64,000 bases of DNA from Dendrobates tinctorius (taxonomy: Eukaryota): positions 4,712,001 to 4,776,000 of the forward strand of contig NW_027361998.1 of NCBI RefSeq assembly GCF_039654945.1, in the 5' to 3' direction. The position numbers and the translations under genes were made by a program. This document shows, piece after piece, positions 10,701 to 22,400 of this stretch (position 1 is its first letter; each line of letters starts with the position of its first letter). The notes under the pieces are model-generated. The model worked only from the letters and a program-made list of their open reading frames with translations. It was not told the origin of the DNA and ran no database searches.

Positions 10701-13001
10701 CTATTTGGTTTAAGCCGCGATGATAAATAATGCAATTTGTTGCAATGCAGTATAACACGTCTTTGTTATCAAATTTTGTTTTATAGAGGCTTAGATAGAG
10801 ATATGTAGCTTAGAAACATGTGACTTAAGACGCATTGATTTTTCATGACATGAGGGTACTCGGGATTCAAGTGAGCTTGGGTTAAGCCTGTAGCAATATG
10901 TTATACAGTATGTGATGTGGCCTCTAGGGGTCTCACTACGTTGATGTGTGTACTATAGAGTTTAATAACTTGTTGGTTAGTTTTTGTTAGCAGACATCTT
11001 GTAATGGAGGAATGCTTCACAAGTCTCATGTAATAAAAAGCCTGGAGCTATCCAAAGAGTTTGATCCATGACAGGAAACAAATAACAGAACAAAGCCCCA
11101 TATCTTTCCCAAATGTTCACCCCTCCTAGCCATTTTTACCAAAGACACCCCCACCATTAAATACACAAGACATATAATGGATTTAATGGCCACAACAGCC
11201 TTTTATTAACAAATATTACAAACATTTAACATTTTAAAGCCAAACATTTAACATAGGAGGTGGTCCTTGAAGCCCCAAAGTTTGAAAGCCACAACTGCTC
11301 AGAAAATCCACCTTGGCCCCAGGTTGAGTCTTACCCCCAGCCGCTCTGCACCAGCTCGGAGGCATACAGTAAACAACCTTGCCAAACTGAACCCATCCAC
11401 GGGTCCCCTGATTATCCGTTCCACGGGATTAAATCACCCCATCCACTTGAATTCCCCAATAGGGAGTCCGGGACTTGTTAAGATCCCCCCCACCGATTCA
11501 CCATTCCAAAGATCCACCGACTTCGAGGACCTCCCCCATGCCACCAACATAAATGTTTTGACCCCTTAAACATTTATGTCCCTCCACACCTTCAAGCCGA
11601 TTTTAATGCCATCTTGAATGTTGAGACACCACATATCCATACCCACTGCATTCAGATGCGCCCCATCTGATCTCCACTGTGTCCGTCATTGGACATTAAG
11701 GGGTTAATATTTCCTTTACGCTCTATGGTTGCCAAGGATATGGCTATTGCGAGTGTCCTTCTGCCTCTGTGCTTGCACGCCGAGTGTGCGTGTGCGCTGA
11801 CCTTGTGGCCGGAGATGCGGTCACGTGACTTGGTCATGTGGCCGGTCTCGGGCTTGCCTGCGCATCTGTATGCTGATGGATGATCTCCGCTGCTGGTTCA
11901 TGCTTCCGGGTCATCTAAGGTTGGGTGAATAGGCCCTATGAATGTTTCTCTTAGGTGCTGACATCCTAGTCAGTATGGATTGATGTACAATGATACATAC
12001 ATGTCTGATTAGTACCGTAAATAATGACTAGTGAGGATTTCTATGACTACCACTGTGCATGTTGGTGATTGGCTCAATTGCACAGGGGATTGTTTCTATG
12101 ACTTCCATTATGCATAATGTTGATTTGCCTAATAATATAGGGGGTTGTCCTTATGATAATGGCGCTTTCTTTATTTTGTGTGATTTTTTTTTCTTTTTTG
12201 GATTTATTTTCTATATGTATGTGTAATAGGACATGATTATATGAATCCTGTGAACAATTTTAAACTTTTATGTGTTATCTGTATTAATTGATGATGGTCA
12301 GTACCCTATTGGGATTGGTGTACGTGTAGGAAGAAGGACCGGATCGGGGGTACCTGATCTGCCCTGGGTCCAGAACTGTCAGGGCTGTCTCCTCTGTTGT
12401 CTTGGGGAAAGCTTAGGGGACCGGACCCTTACATCCGGCAGCAGGGGATGTGGCTAAGCTAAAAAAGCTACAGCGCGTGTGGTAACTGCAGAAATTGGCG
12501 GGAACAGACAGAGCACAGCAGGGACAAGTGAGTGCTCCATCCCTTGAGCATCGTAGCAGCGCAGGCCCACGCCCGAATATCCACGCTGCTATCCACAGAG
12601 ACTGTGAGAATAAATGTGACGCATAGCAGTTAGTCCCCGTAGAGCGAGGTGATGAACGCTCTGGGCCCATTAGTGCTACGAGCATGCCACCTAAGAGAGA
12701 CCGTGTGGGTGACCGTGAACTCTTTCCTGACTCCCCGATGTATATTGGCCAAGCCACATTGGGCTCAGACAGTGCTGTGGCTCGTACCCCACCTGCCACA
12801 TCAACAGATGGACTGAGGACATCGTGGAACGTATCAGAGACTGTTGCTGCCGGGACATGGATTTTTGTTATCTACAGGACTACTCTGCGCCGGCTGATGC
12901 TGCCACCATCATTTGCTTCGTGGACCCTACTGCCTGAAGACCATTGGACTGGATAAGTTATACCTTCCAGAACCATACTGTTATTACCAACGTTGTTTTC
13001 C

Positions 13002-13799
13002 TGTTGTGAGTTCATTTTCCCCTTCACTACTGAGGCCCGAGGAACTCCCTCTTCTGGTGAAGAAAGGTAGTGAGCCTGATTGTCAAACACCTGGGGCTGA
13101 TGATGATGACTGGCTGAGTGGAGTTAATGACTGGATATAAGGCTGCCGACGCCCTTCTGGCCTGCGGGTGATTTCTCTGTGGACTTCTAGGAAACCAGTC
13201 TGATTCCTGCTCATCTAAAGCTAAGATTTCTGCTTTGCCTTTTTGCATTAGTGTTTTGTTTTCCTTGCTTTTCTGGATTCTGCCATTCCCTGCTGGGGTG
13301 AGCTGAATCTCCTTTTGCCTGTTGCTCTGTCTTCAGAATATTCCTGAGTACTGACATAGCTTTTTTGAAGCCTAGCGTCTTCAGGGCCTTTTTTACTGTC
13401 AGTTTTGTTGGCTCTTATTTTCATAGGGTTTTTCACGGATTGCAGACAGCAGCCTTCCTGTCCTTTCCTATCTAAGCTAGCGTGGGCCCCATCTTTGCTC
13501 AGTCTATCTTTCTGTCTGTGTTTTGTTCTTTCTTCTTGCTTCACCGTCATTATATGTGGGGGCTGCCTTTTGCTTTGGGGTCTGCTCTGGGGCAGTTTAG
13601 ATTTCCCTTTCTGTCTTTAGGCTATGTAGTCCTCCGGCTGTGATCGAGGGGCCTAGGGCATCGTAGGAACCCCCCACGGCTACTGCTAGTTGTGTTGATA
13701 GGTTCAGGGGTCTGCAATCCGATAGCTGCCAACTTCTCTGGTTTTCTGGACTTAGCTAGCATTTCTATTTTTGCCTCCTACGGTGACTCAATCATAACA
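13002..13799 (+). mobile_element. Solo LTR, same family as 4606-5403, 6-bp TSD TTTTCC
   Basis: TG...CA termini; colinear similarity with 4606-5403. Confidence 0.9.
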
Positions 13800-14114
13800 T
13801 TTTCCCCCCAAATTAGTATTTTCCTCTCATCTGAACTGCCTGTTTTTCCCCCCATTTACCCAGTCACCTCCCTGCTTGGAGTATACCTTTCTTTAATTAA
13901 AAACATTAACCCTTGCTTTGTCTCCTGACCATCATTGCATCCCGCAACCAGCTATCTCACACATGCTTGCATCTACACTATATAGGGCTGCCATATTTAA
14001 TGTGTTGTATACTTGATAAAGGCCATTCCGGTCGAAATGTTGTATGATGGCGGAATAAAGTTTTTTTTCTATTTTTCACCTGGATTGGATGATGTTTCTT
14101 TTTTTACACTCCAT

Positions 14115-14425
14115 AGCTTTGAATTTGTTATCCTTAAGCCACTTTGTTACCTTTTTGACAGTATGCTTTGGTTCATTGTCTATTTGGAAGACCCATTTCC
14201 ACCCTGGCTGATGTCTTGAGATGCTGATTCAGTATTGCTACACAATCTTCTTTTCTCATGATACAATCTATTTTGTGAAGTGTGCCAGTCCCTCCTGCTG
14301 CAAAACAACCCAACAACATGATGCTACTACCCCCATGTTTCACAGTTGGGATGGTGTTCTAAGGCTTCCAAGCTTCTCTCTTTTTCCTCCAAACGTAACA
14401 GTGGCCATTATGTCCAAAAAGTTCA
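14115..14425 (-). mobile_element. Tc1-like transposase fragment
   Basis: The minus strand encodes the Tc1 PTVKHGGSSIMLLGCFAAGG-type and QMDNEPKHT-type motifs. Confidence 0.65.
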
Positions 14426-14600
14426 ATAATAGTTTAGGCGTAGTCCAACTATTTAACGTTGCGGTCAGTATTTTCAGCAACCTAAGTTCTAAAATGACAT
14501 TTTTTACTGAAACAAGTGTAAAGTTGTGGTTTCTCTTATTTACGTGTTGTTTGATCTGCTGAGCACTTATACTTCCAACTAGTTACAGACCGGATTAACG

Positions 14601-14667
14601 ATTTGCATGGAAGTCAACCATACTCAAAGAATTTACATGAGTAATGGACATAAAACAACTGTAAAAA
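14601..14667 (+). promoter_or_regulatory. TAS2R promoter cassette with a mutated TATA (TGTAAAA)
   Basis: ATTTGCAT at 14601, ATTTACATGAGTAAT at 14631, TGTAAAAA at 14660. Confidence 0.65.
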
Positions 14668-14707
14668 GCGCCAGATATTTCAATCTGCAGACAAGACTGG
14701 AAGGACG

Positions 14708-15615
14708 ATGAAAGTTTCTATCCAATATGTTTTTGCAGCTGTGGTCATTATAAAATGTCTGGTGGGACTCACAGTAAATCTGATTATTCTGGCTGTCAGT
14801 TTCATGAAATGGAAAAGTCTGAAATCTTTTAAGACTTGCGATAAGATCCTCAGCTCCTTGGCAATTTCCAGAGTCCTGTATTTTTCCAGCATCATTTTGC
14901 GGAACTCGACAGAGTTTTTCCATGGCTAAAGAAAATAAAAAGAGTGTTATCAGCCCTATACATTGTGGTCATATTCATGACGAATAGTGATCAATGGTTT
15001 GCCACCATCCTCTGTGTCTTCTACTGTGTGAAAATTGTAACCAACAAATATAAACTCTTTGCTTTCCTGAAGACCAGAATCTCCACCATGGTCCCGTGGT
15101 TGATGTTGGACTCTCTGGTGATTTTGCTGATTTCCAGTCTTCCATTAATTTGGTTTGGTTCTGACTTCAATCAGCAGAATAATTCAAATGTTTCTACTGA
15201 AAATACGATGGAAAAGAAACATATTGTGATTCTAAACTTTAATAGTCAGCTCTTGATAGACGTTTTAGGCTCCTTTCCACCATTAATAATACTCAGTGTT
15301 GCCATCATCATAATAATTCACTTCCTTCTAATTCACACCAGATGGATGAGGAGCGTTGGGTCACATAATCACAGCCCAAACTTAAAGTTTCATTTTAGTG
15401 CTTTGAAAATTATAAGCTTTCTTTTACTGCTACAGACACAGTTTTTTATTTCTATGGGTCTTTTTGATTCTGGAATATTCTTTCATTACAATTATTCAGT
15501 TTTAATTTTCTACATAATATTATGTAGCCGTCCTTTGTTCCATTGCTTGTACATTATCTCATCTGGCAATGAGCTGTTTATCTTAAAATGTCCCTGTGTT
15601 AGGAAACATTCTTAA
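14708..15615 (+). pseudogene. TAS2R: TAS2R pseudogene (net 4-nt deletion after TM2)
   Basis: ORFs 14708-14929 and 14944-15615 together align with the 51842 gene. Between the CGG and TGG codons there are 20 nt versus 24 nt in the paralogue, giving TAA at 14927-14929. Confidence 0.9.
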
Positions 15616-16839
15616 CGGTCCCTTTTGTATTCTTGTTTCTATGTATGCATAAATATTATAAAGATGTGTATGTGAACTAAATGATCTTAGCGATTATTCA
15701 AACAAATGGCCGCCATTTTACAGAACTGTGTAGGGCCATCAAAAGTTTAAAAACTAAACAAAATACTCACCTTACTGCAGTGCTCACCTCTCTGCTGCCC
15801 CTACACTGCACCAGCCCTCCTCTGATCCTCAGCACATCTTATCATGAGGCATATCAGAAGCACCTGGCCTAGTGGAAGAGGCCCGCCAATAAGAAAATGT
15901 GCCGAGGACCAGACGGAAAAACGGTAGAGCGTAGAGAAATTGGACAAATGAGTGGAGGAATTATTTCTTCACATTTTACTTTTATTATGCTTTTGGATCT
16001 GGAAAAAACCCAGAACATATTAAGGGACATTCAGTTTATGGAGAACAACTTTGCTGCAAATCCTTTTTCCCAGGTAAATGAGTGCAATTTGGCAAATTCA
16101 AATATTTTCAGATCCGCTCATTTCTAGTTCCAACGTCTTGATCATAATTGAAAGAAATCATAGGATGATCCACCAACAGATTGCAAGACTGAACCTAATA
16201 AATGATCGTGATTTAAGAACTCAAAACCACTGGCGACAGCTGCTCATTGAAGTGTGACATTTGAGCATTGCATAACTGCATAGCTTTGCTGTGCAGACTG
16301 GGAAAGTCGAGCAGAGTAACTTAGTATCATTAGGAGGTCGGCGAGTTATTGAGAACTTAATTTTATTGCTGTAGAACTTGATAAGGCTGCAACTTGAAAA
16401 ACTTGAAAAGCGGAAGCTGCCCTAGCTGCAAAGTTAGGAACAACTTCTTATTAAATTGCCTGTCCTGGACTTAAAATCTGATAAAATTGGTCATTAACAT
16501 GAGACCTGTGGGAATCTGAAGCATGATACCCTTACCGATCAGCTGGAATAAGCTCAGAAATAAATGGAGCCAAACAAAGCAATTTTGATTAGTGGCTGCT
16601 TTGTTTTCATTTTATTAATTTGCTTGACTTTTGTAGATTCTTTTCTTTTTTACGACAAATAACAGGTCCAATGCGTTCTCCGTGATTTTAGCGTTAGACA
16701 GACATTGATTTCATATATTATATTTGTTGTGGTGTGATATTGCGCAATAAATTGCCTTTCAAAAAACATATCGTTTTTGTAATTTTTTGATGATCTTGAC
16801 AAGGTTATCAATTTGGATCTTGACTTGAAACTACAGTAA

Positions 16840-17175
16840 GGCCAGGTTCACATAGCGTTATGGCATTCTGTTTAACAGATGCGCTAAACGGACTGCGCTA
16901 ACGCTAGTCTTCTTTTGAGTGCGTTTGTGTGTTCACGTTAGCGCAGCTGCTCCTTCTGCACTAGCCGTGACGGACCCTCGAATGCAGTAGACCGTGTCCG
17001 ATGGTCCGTCGCAGCATAACGGGACATCGCTAATGCATGCCGATTTTGACATGCGTTAGCGATGCGCTAGGTTATGGCAGTCTATGGGTACGTTAACGGT
17101 TGCGTTACATCGCGTTCATGCCACTTTGTAACGCATCCGTTAAACGGACTGCCATAACGCTATGTGAACTTGGCC
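16840..17175. mobile_element. PIF/Harbinger-type MITE
   Basis: TIRs GGCCAGGTTCACATAGCGTTATGGCA / TGCCATAACGCTATGTGAACTTGGCC with TAA on both sides. Confidence 0.85.
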
Positions 17176-19462
17176 TAATAATTAAATATATGCAAATTTA
17201 ATTAATGTTAATGTTTAGGAAATTAACTTTACCCGGTTAATTTCCAACAATTCGTTATTCAATTGGTAAATAATTGCCCACCAGTTGCATTGCAGCTAAA
17301 GAAACTCAACTATTATACATTTGGAAGCCCAAGATCTGGATCTCAATAAACAACGGGCAACAATGAGATCCAATGACAATATGGAAAGGGGTTTGCTGTT
17401 CACAGAGCAGGTGATCCCTGGGGTTGACATCATGGAGGATGGTAGCATAGGACAATGAGGCAGCTATCTGCATGAGAGAAGGAGAGGTAGAGGGAAAAGT
17501 TCCCAGGAGGTTAGTCATGACCTGGAACACCCCACCAAGTTTGCTAGGTTGGCAGATAAGGGGGTATGGGTACAGGGAGGGGTAGCACTACTGCAGAAAG
17601 ATGCATCCTCTGAAAGCCAGGGGAGTGTCTTCTCCAGTTAGGGGAAAACTGGAGTGCAGGGCATGTGTCGAGACATGGGGGTCAGTGGCTGCTCCAGTCC
17701 TTTGACCCAAGACCGCATGGTGCAGGGCTCATCCCACAACACATCTTCTTTGATTCAACACAGAGAACTGAATTCAAGAAAATTCACATCATTAATTGTA
17801 TATCGACATCAGTAATCTTTTATGCGACTTGACCCTGTGGCCTCATATAATTGCTGATCCTCACTAGCCATACCCATTAATCTATCAACCCACTCCCTTT
17901 CTGTTCTTCTAATAATTTAATCCCCCTCTACTAGCACATGTCTGACCTGCTGTGATAGCACAGCATTTTTTCTTAATTATGTCAGACGTAAATTGTTTAT
18001 TGTTACTTATTATCTGCTGCCTTTGCCGAGCAGAGATGCAGGGTCATTAAACAATGAATGTTTGCTTTATATGTTGATTGACCATTGTGTGAGTCCTCTG
18101 GCTTTGTTGACCTGCAAAACAAAGGAGGAAAAACTATGTAAATTGTTTAAATACTCAAACAATGAGAGCTAAACTCATCCCAATTTCCACTTGATCTGTG
18201 GATGATGACCTGGAACAGTGATGTGGATATAAAAAAATGATTTCTATTGTTCTGCAAGGAGGAACCAGGGAGACTGTACAAAACCACAGCCAGGAACATT
18301 CTACAGGATGTCAACTTAGGGTACCATGGTTCCAGGCTGGAATAACTCAGATCTGCTCTATTGACCATCACCTCAAAGCCAGATTATGACCCTCCAGTCA
18401 CCTGGCCACGTACCTAAATGGATTGTTTCATGAAACGCGTGTCAGGGGTTTTCCTTTTGGTAGCCACACACGTTTATTTCTTCTCTTATATCTCTTCCTA
18501 TTTTGGCATATTGGATTTATACCTGTTACTTTTTGAAGAACCTTCCTGGATTGGGATCATCTTTAAGCCTTAGTTTTAGCTGATCCTTTTATGACCTTGC
18601 AAACGTGTGCATGGGCACACATTGATCTTGGGTGAAGGTTTGTTAGTATCAATAGGCTATTTAAAACCAAGGTGTCTTTTTTATGTAGGACTGTTTTGTT
18701 TACCATTTTACATGTTATACATTATCACATTGTCCTTAAAAAGGAAAGAAATATTGAAATTGACGTAGCATATATTGCATGTAGTAAGACAGCTGTAGTG
18801 TGTTTTCTAGGTCTATGATGTAAACCTCTTGGGAATATGATCCTTTTTCATTCTTATGATGTACTAATGATTGATGTACTGAACTTAGTTGATAATAAAG
18901 GAATTTTTGAATTATTGGTAATTGTTTCATAAAGATAATAATTTTATCAATTTGGCTTGTACTCATATATGTTTAGATGATTAATTAATTGAGTGTGTGG
19001 GAGAGCCCTCACTATTGATGGTCAGTTTGGTAACTCAGCTTCCTAAGCTTGTCATTACCTCCTTACTGTGGGTGTCACAAGTGGAGATAGTCGACCATGG
19101 AAGTCCAGAAGTTGCAGCTGCTCTAATCCCAGCAAGTCAGTGGAAGAGTGAGACTCTGTAATATGTACCATCTTGGTGCATATTTTGTTGGGACTGGTCT
19201 ATATGTTACTGTCTGTTTGGTGGTTGAATAAAGGATTGCCACACTGTTTTAACCTCACCCTGTGTTGTCTAAGTAATATTATGCCCACGGTAAAAGGAGA
19301 GAAAGTCTTCAGTGAATTCACCAGCCTAAACCACAGATTCTAGGGTACTCAAAAGCAGGAGAGAATTGTAAAAGAAAAAAAAAGTGTCAACATTTTTTTT
19401 TTTTTATATATATATTTATTCCTCTTTTTCTCTGGGGCGGTAGGAGGATTTTTTTTTCTCTA

Positions 19463-22400
19463 ATGGAGATTAAGCAATTGTCTGATTGTGTTGAGCAGCT
19501 CGCTGCTGAAGTGCGGGCAATTTCCGTCTATCTCGCTCAATCACCTGCTGTTGAACCAAAAATCCCTACTCCTGATGTGTTTTCTGGGGATCAGTCTAAA
19601 TTTTTGAATTTTAAGAATAATTGTAAACTATTTCTTGCCGTGAAGCCTAACTCGTCGGGGAGATCTGTGCAGCAGGTTAAAATTGTCATCTCTTTGCTGT
19701 GCGGCAATCCCCAGGATTGGGCTTTTTCTCTGACACCTGGAAATCCTATTCTGACTAATGTGGATGCATTTTTTCAAGCCTTGGAGTTGTTGTATGATGA
19801 GCCTAATGCTATTGATCAAGCTGAGAAAACCCTATTGGCATTGAACCAGGGTCAGGATTCTGCAGAGTTATACTGTCAAAAATTCCGAAAGTGGGCGGTC
19901 CTTACTACATGGAATGACGGTGCCTTTGCAGCTCTCTTTCGGAAGGGTTTATCAGAAACCGTAAAAGATGTTATGGTGGGATTTCCTGTTCCCTCTGGTC
20001 TTGATGATTCTATGTCATTGGCCATTCAAGCTGATCGGCGTTTACGTGAACGTAAAACTACACGAGAGGCGTTGCCGCCTTTTGAACAAACATCTGAACC
20101 CATGCAATGTGATAGGGTTTTGTCTAGGGCGCAACGTCAGGAGTTTAGAAGGTGTAATAAGCTGTGTTTTTTCTGTGGAGACGTCTCTCATACTATTTCT
20201 GTCTGCCCTAAACGAGAGAAACGTTTTGCGCACACATTTGCTGTGGGCAGTGTACAACCTAAGTTCCTTTTGGCCATTATTCTGATCTGCTCCTTATCTA
20301 CATTTTCCGCTAAGGCTTTTGTGGATTCAGGAGCAGCTTTGAATCTGATGGATTTGGACTTTGCTAAACGTTGTGGTTTTCCCATGATACCCCTGCGGAC
20401 TCCTATCCCTTTGATGGGTATTGATGCTACGCCTTTGGCGGAGAATAAACCCCAGTTTTGGACCCAGGTGATAATGCGGGTCACCCCGGACCACCAAGAA
20501 AATTGTAAATTTTTGGTGCTGCGCAATTTGCATGATACTATTGTTCTGGGTTTTCCCTGGTTGCAAACTCATAATCCTGTTTTGGATTGGAAATCTGTGT
20601 CTGTGGTGAGTTGGGGTTGTCAGTGTGTTCTTAGGGACACTCCAGTTTTCTCCACCTCTCCCAAGGTTCATGATCTTCCTGATTATTTGGATGATTTTTC
20701 TGATGTATTTAGTGAGAGTAAGTCCGTGTCTTTGCCTCCTCATAGGAGTTATGACTGTGCAATTGAGTTAATGCCCGGGTGTAAATTTCCCAAGGGTCGT
20801 TGGAGAATGGTCATATTAGACCATCCTCTTCACCCTTAGGTGCTGGTTTTTTTTAGTGACCAAGAAAGATGGGTCATTAAGGCCTTGTATTGACTATCGT
20901 TCCCTTAACAAAATCACTGTTAAATATCAGTACCCGTTACCCCCGATTTCTGATTTATTTTCCAGAGTTAAAAGTGCCTGCTGGCTTACCAAGCTTGACC
21001 TCAGGGGGGTGTATAATCTTATTCGCATCAAGCACAGGGATGAATTGAAGAAAGCGTTTAATACTCCGGAGGGACATTTTGAGTACCTGGTGATGCCTTT
21101 TGGGCTCACTAATGCCCCATCTGTCTTCCAATCCTTTATGAATTATATTTTCCGGGACTTTCTGGATAAGTTTTGATCATTTATCTGGATGATATTTTGA
21201 TCTTTTCCAGTGATTGGGATTCTCATGTGGAACATGTCTGGACTGTGTTCCGGATTTTGAAGGAAAATTCCCTGTATGTTAAGGGATCAAAATGTCTCTT
21301 TGGTGTACAGAGGATTTCATTTTTGGGATTTACTTTGTCTCCGTCGGCTATTGAAATGGACCTGGCCAAGGTACAGGTCATTTATGATTGGGTTCAGCCC
21401 ACTTCTTTGAAGGCTCTCCTGAAGTTTTTGGGTTTTGCTAATTTCTATCGTAAATTTATAGGTAATTTTTCTGGTATTGTCAAACCACTGACTGATCTGA
21501 CCAAAAAGGTCGCTGATGTGGTGAATTGGTCTCCAGAGGCAGTCTCGGCATTTCAGGAGCTTAAGCGGAGATTCACTTCTGCTCTGGTTCTATGGCAACC
21601 TGATATTTCACTTCCGTTTCAGGTGGAGGTACATGCTTCTGAGATTGGTACATGAGCTGTTTTGTCCCAAAAGATCCGGTGACTTCTAAAATGAATCCCT
21701 GTGCCTTCTTTTCTCGAAAATTTTCCCCATCTGAACGTAACTATGACGTGGGGAATCGGGAATTGTTGACCATGAAATGGGCATTTGAAGAGTGGAGACA
21801 TTGGTTGGAGGGAGCTAGACATCAAGTTGTTGTCCTGATTTATCTTGAATCAGCCAAACGCTTGAATCCTAGACAGGCTAGGTGGGCCTTGTTTTTCACG
21901 CGTTTTAATTTTGTGGTCTCTTTTCTTCCAGGCACTAAGAATGTTAAGGCGGACGCCCTTTCTAGGAGTTTCTTTGCGGATTCTCTTTTTGTGACCGAGC
22001 CTACTGCCATTCTAGGTGAGGGGGTAGTTCTTTCCGCCATCTCGCCCGATTTGAGACGTGCCCTGGAGAAATTTCAGGAGGACAAACCTGAGCGTTGCCC
22101 TATAGGAAAATTGTATGTTCCTGACCAGTTGAGGAAGAGAGTAATGTCTGAAATTCATTGCTCCACGTTGGCTGGTCATCCAGGTATTTTTGGTACCAGA
22201 GATTTGGTGAGCCGGTCTTTTTGGTGGCCTGCCTTATCTTGTGATGTCAGGAATTTTGTGCAGTCCTGTGGGACTTCTTCTCGGTCTAAACCCTGTTCTC
22301 GTTCTAGTGGGTTGTTGATGCCCCAGCCGGTGCCCAAGAGGCCATGGACCCATATCTCAATGGATTTTATTTCTGATCTTCCTGTCTCTCAGAGAATGAC

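Noticed and set aside
8145-12990. Short ORFs and repeat-like stretches (TGCGCATGCGC motifs, possible retroelement fragments)
   Set aside because: No recognisable protein motif, termini or TSD could be established by eye; probably decayed TEs, left uncalled.
17190-17197. Isolated octamers ATGCAAAT (also near 28070 and 42075)
   Set aside because: They lack the second motif, TATA spacing and a downstream gene, and are expected by chance in AT-rich DNA.
19463-20839. Domesticated RTL/PEG10-like gene
   Set aside because: It is followed by disrupted pol, a PPT and an LTR, so it is an ordinary decayed retrotransposon.
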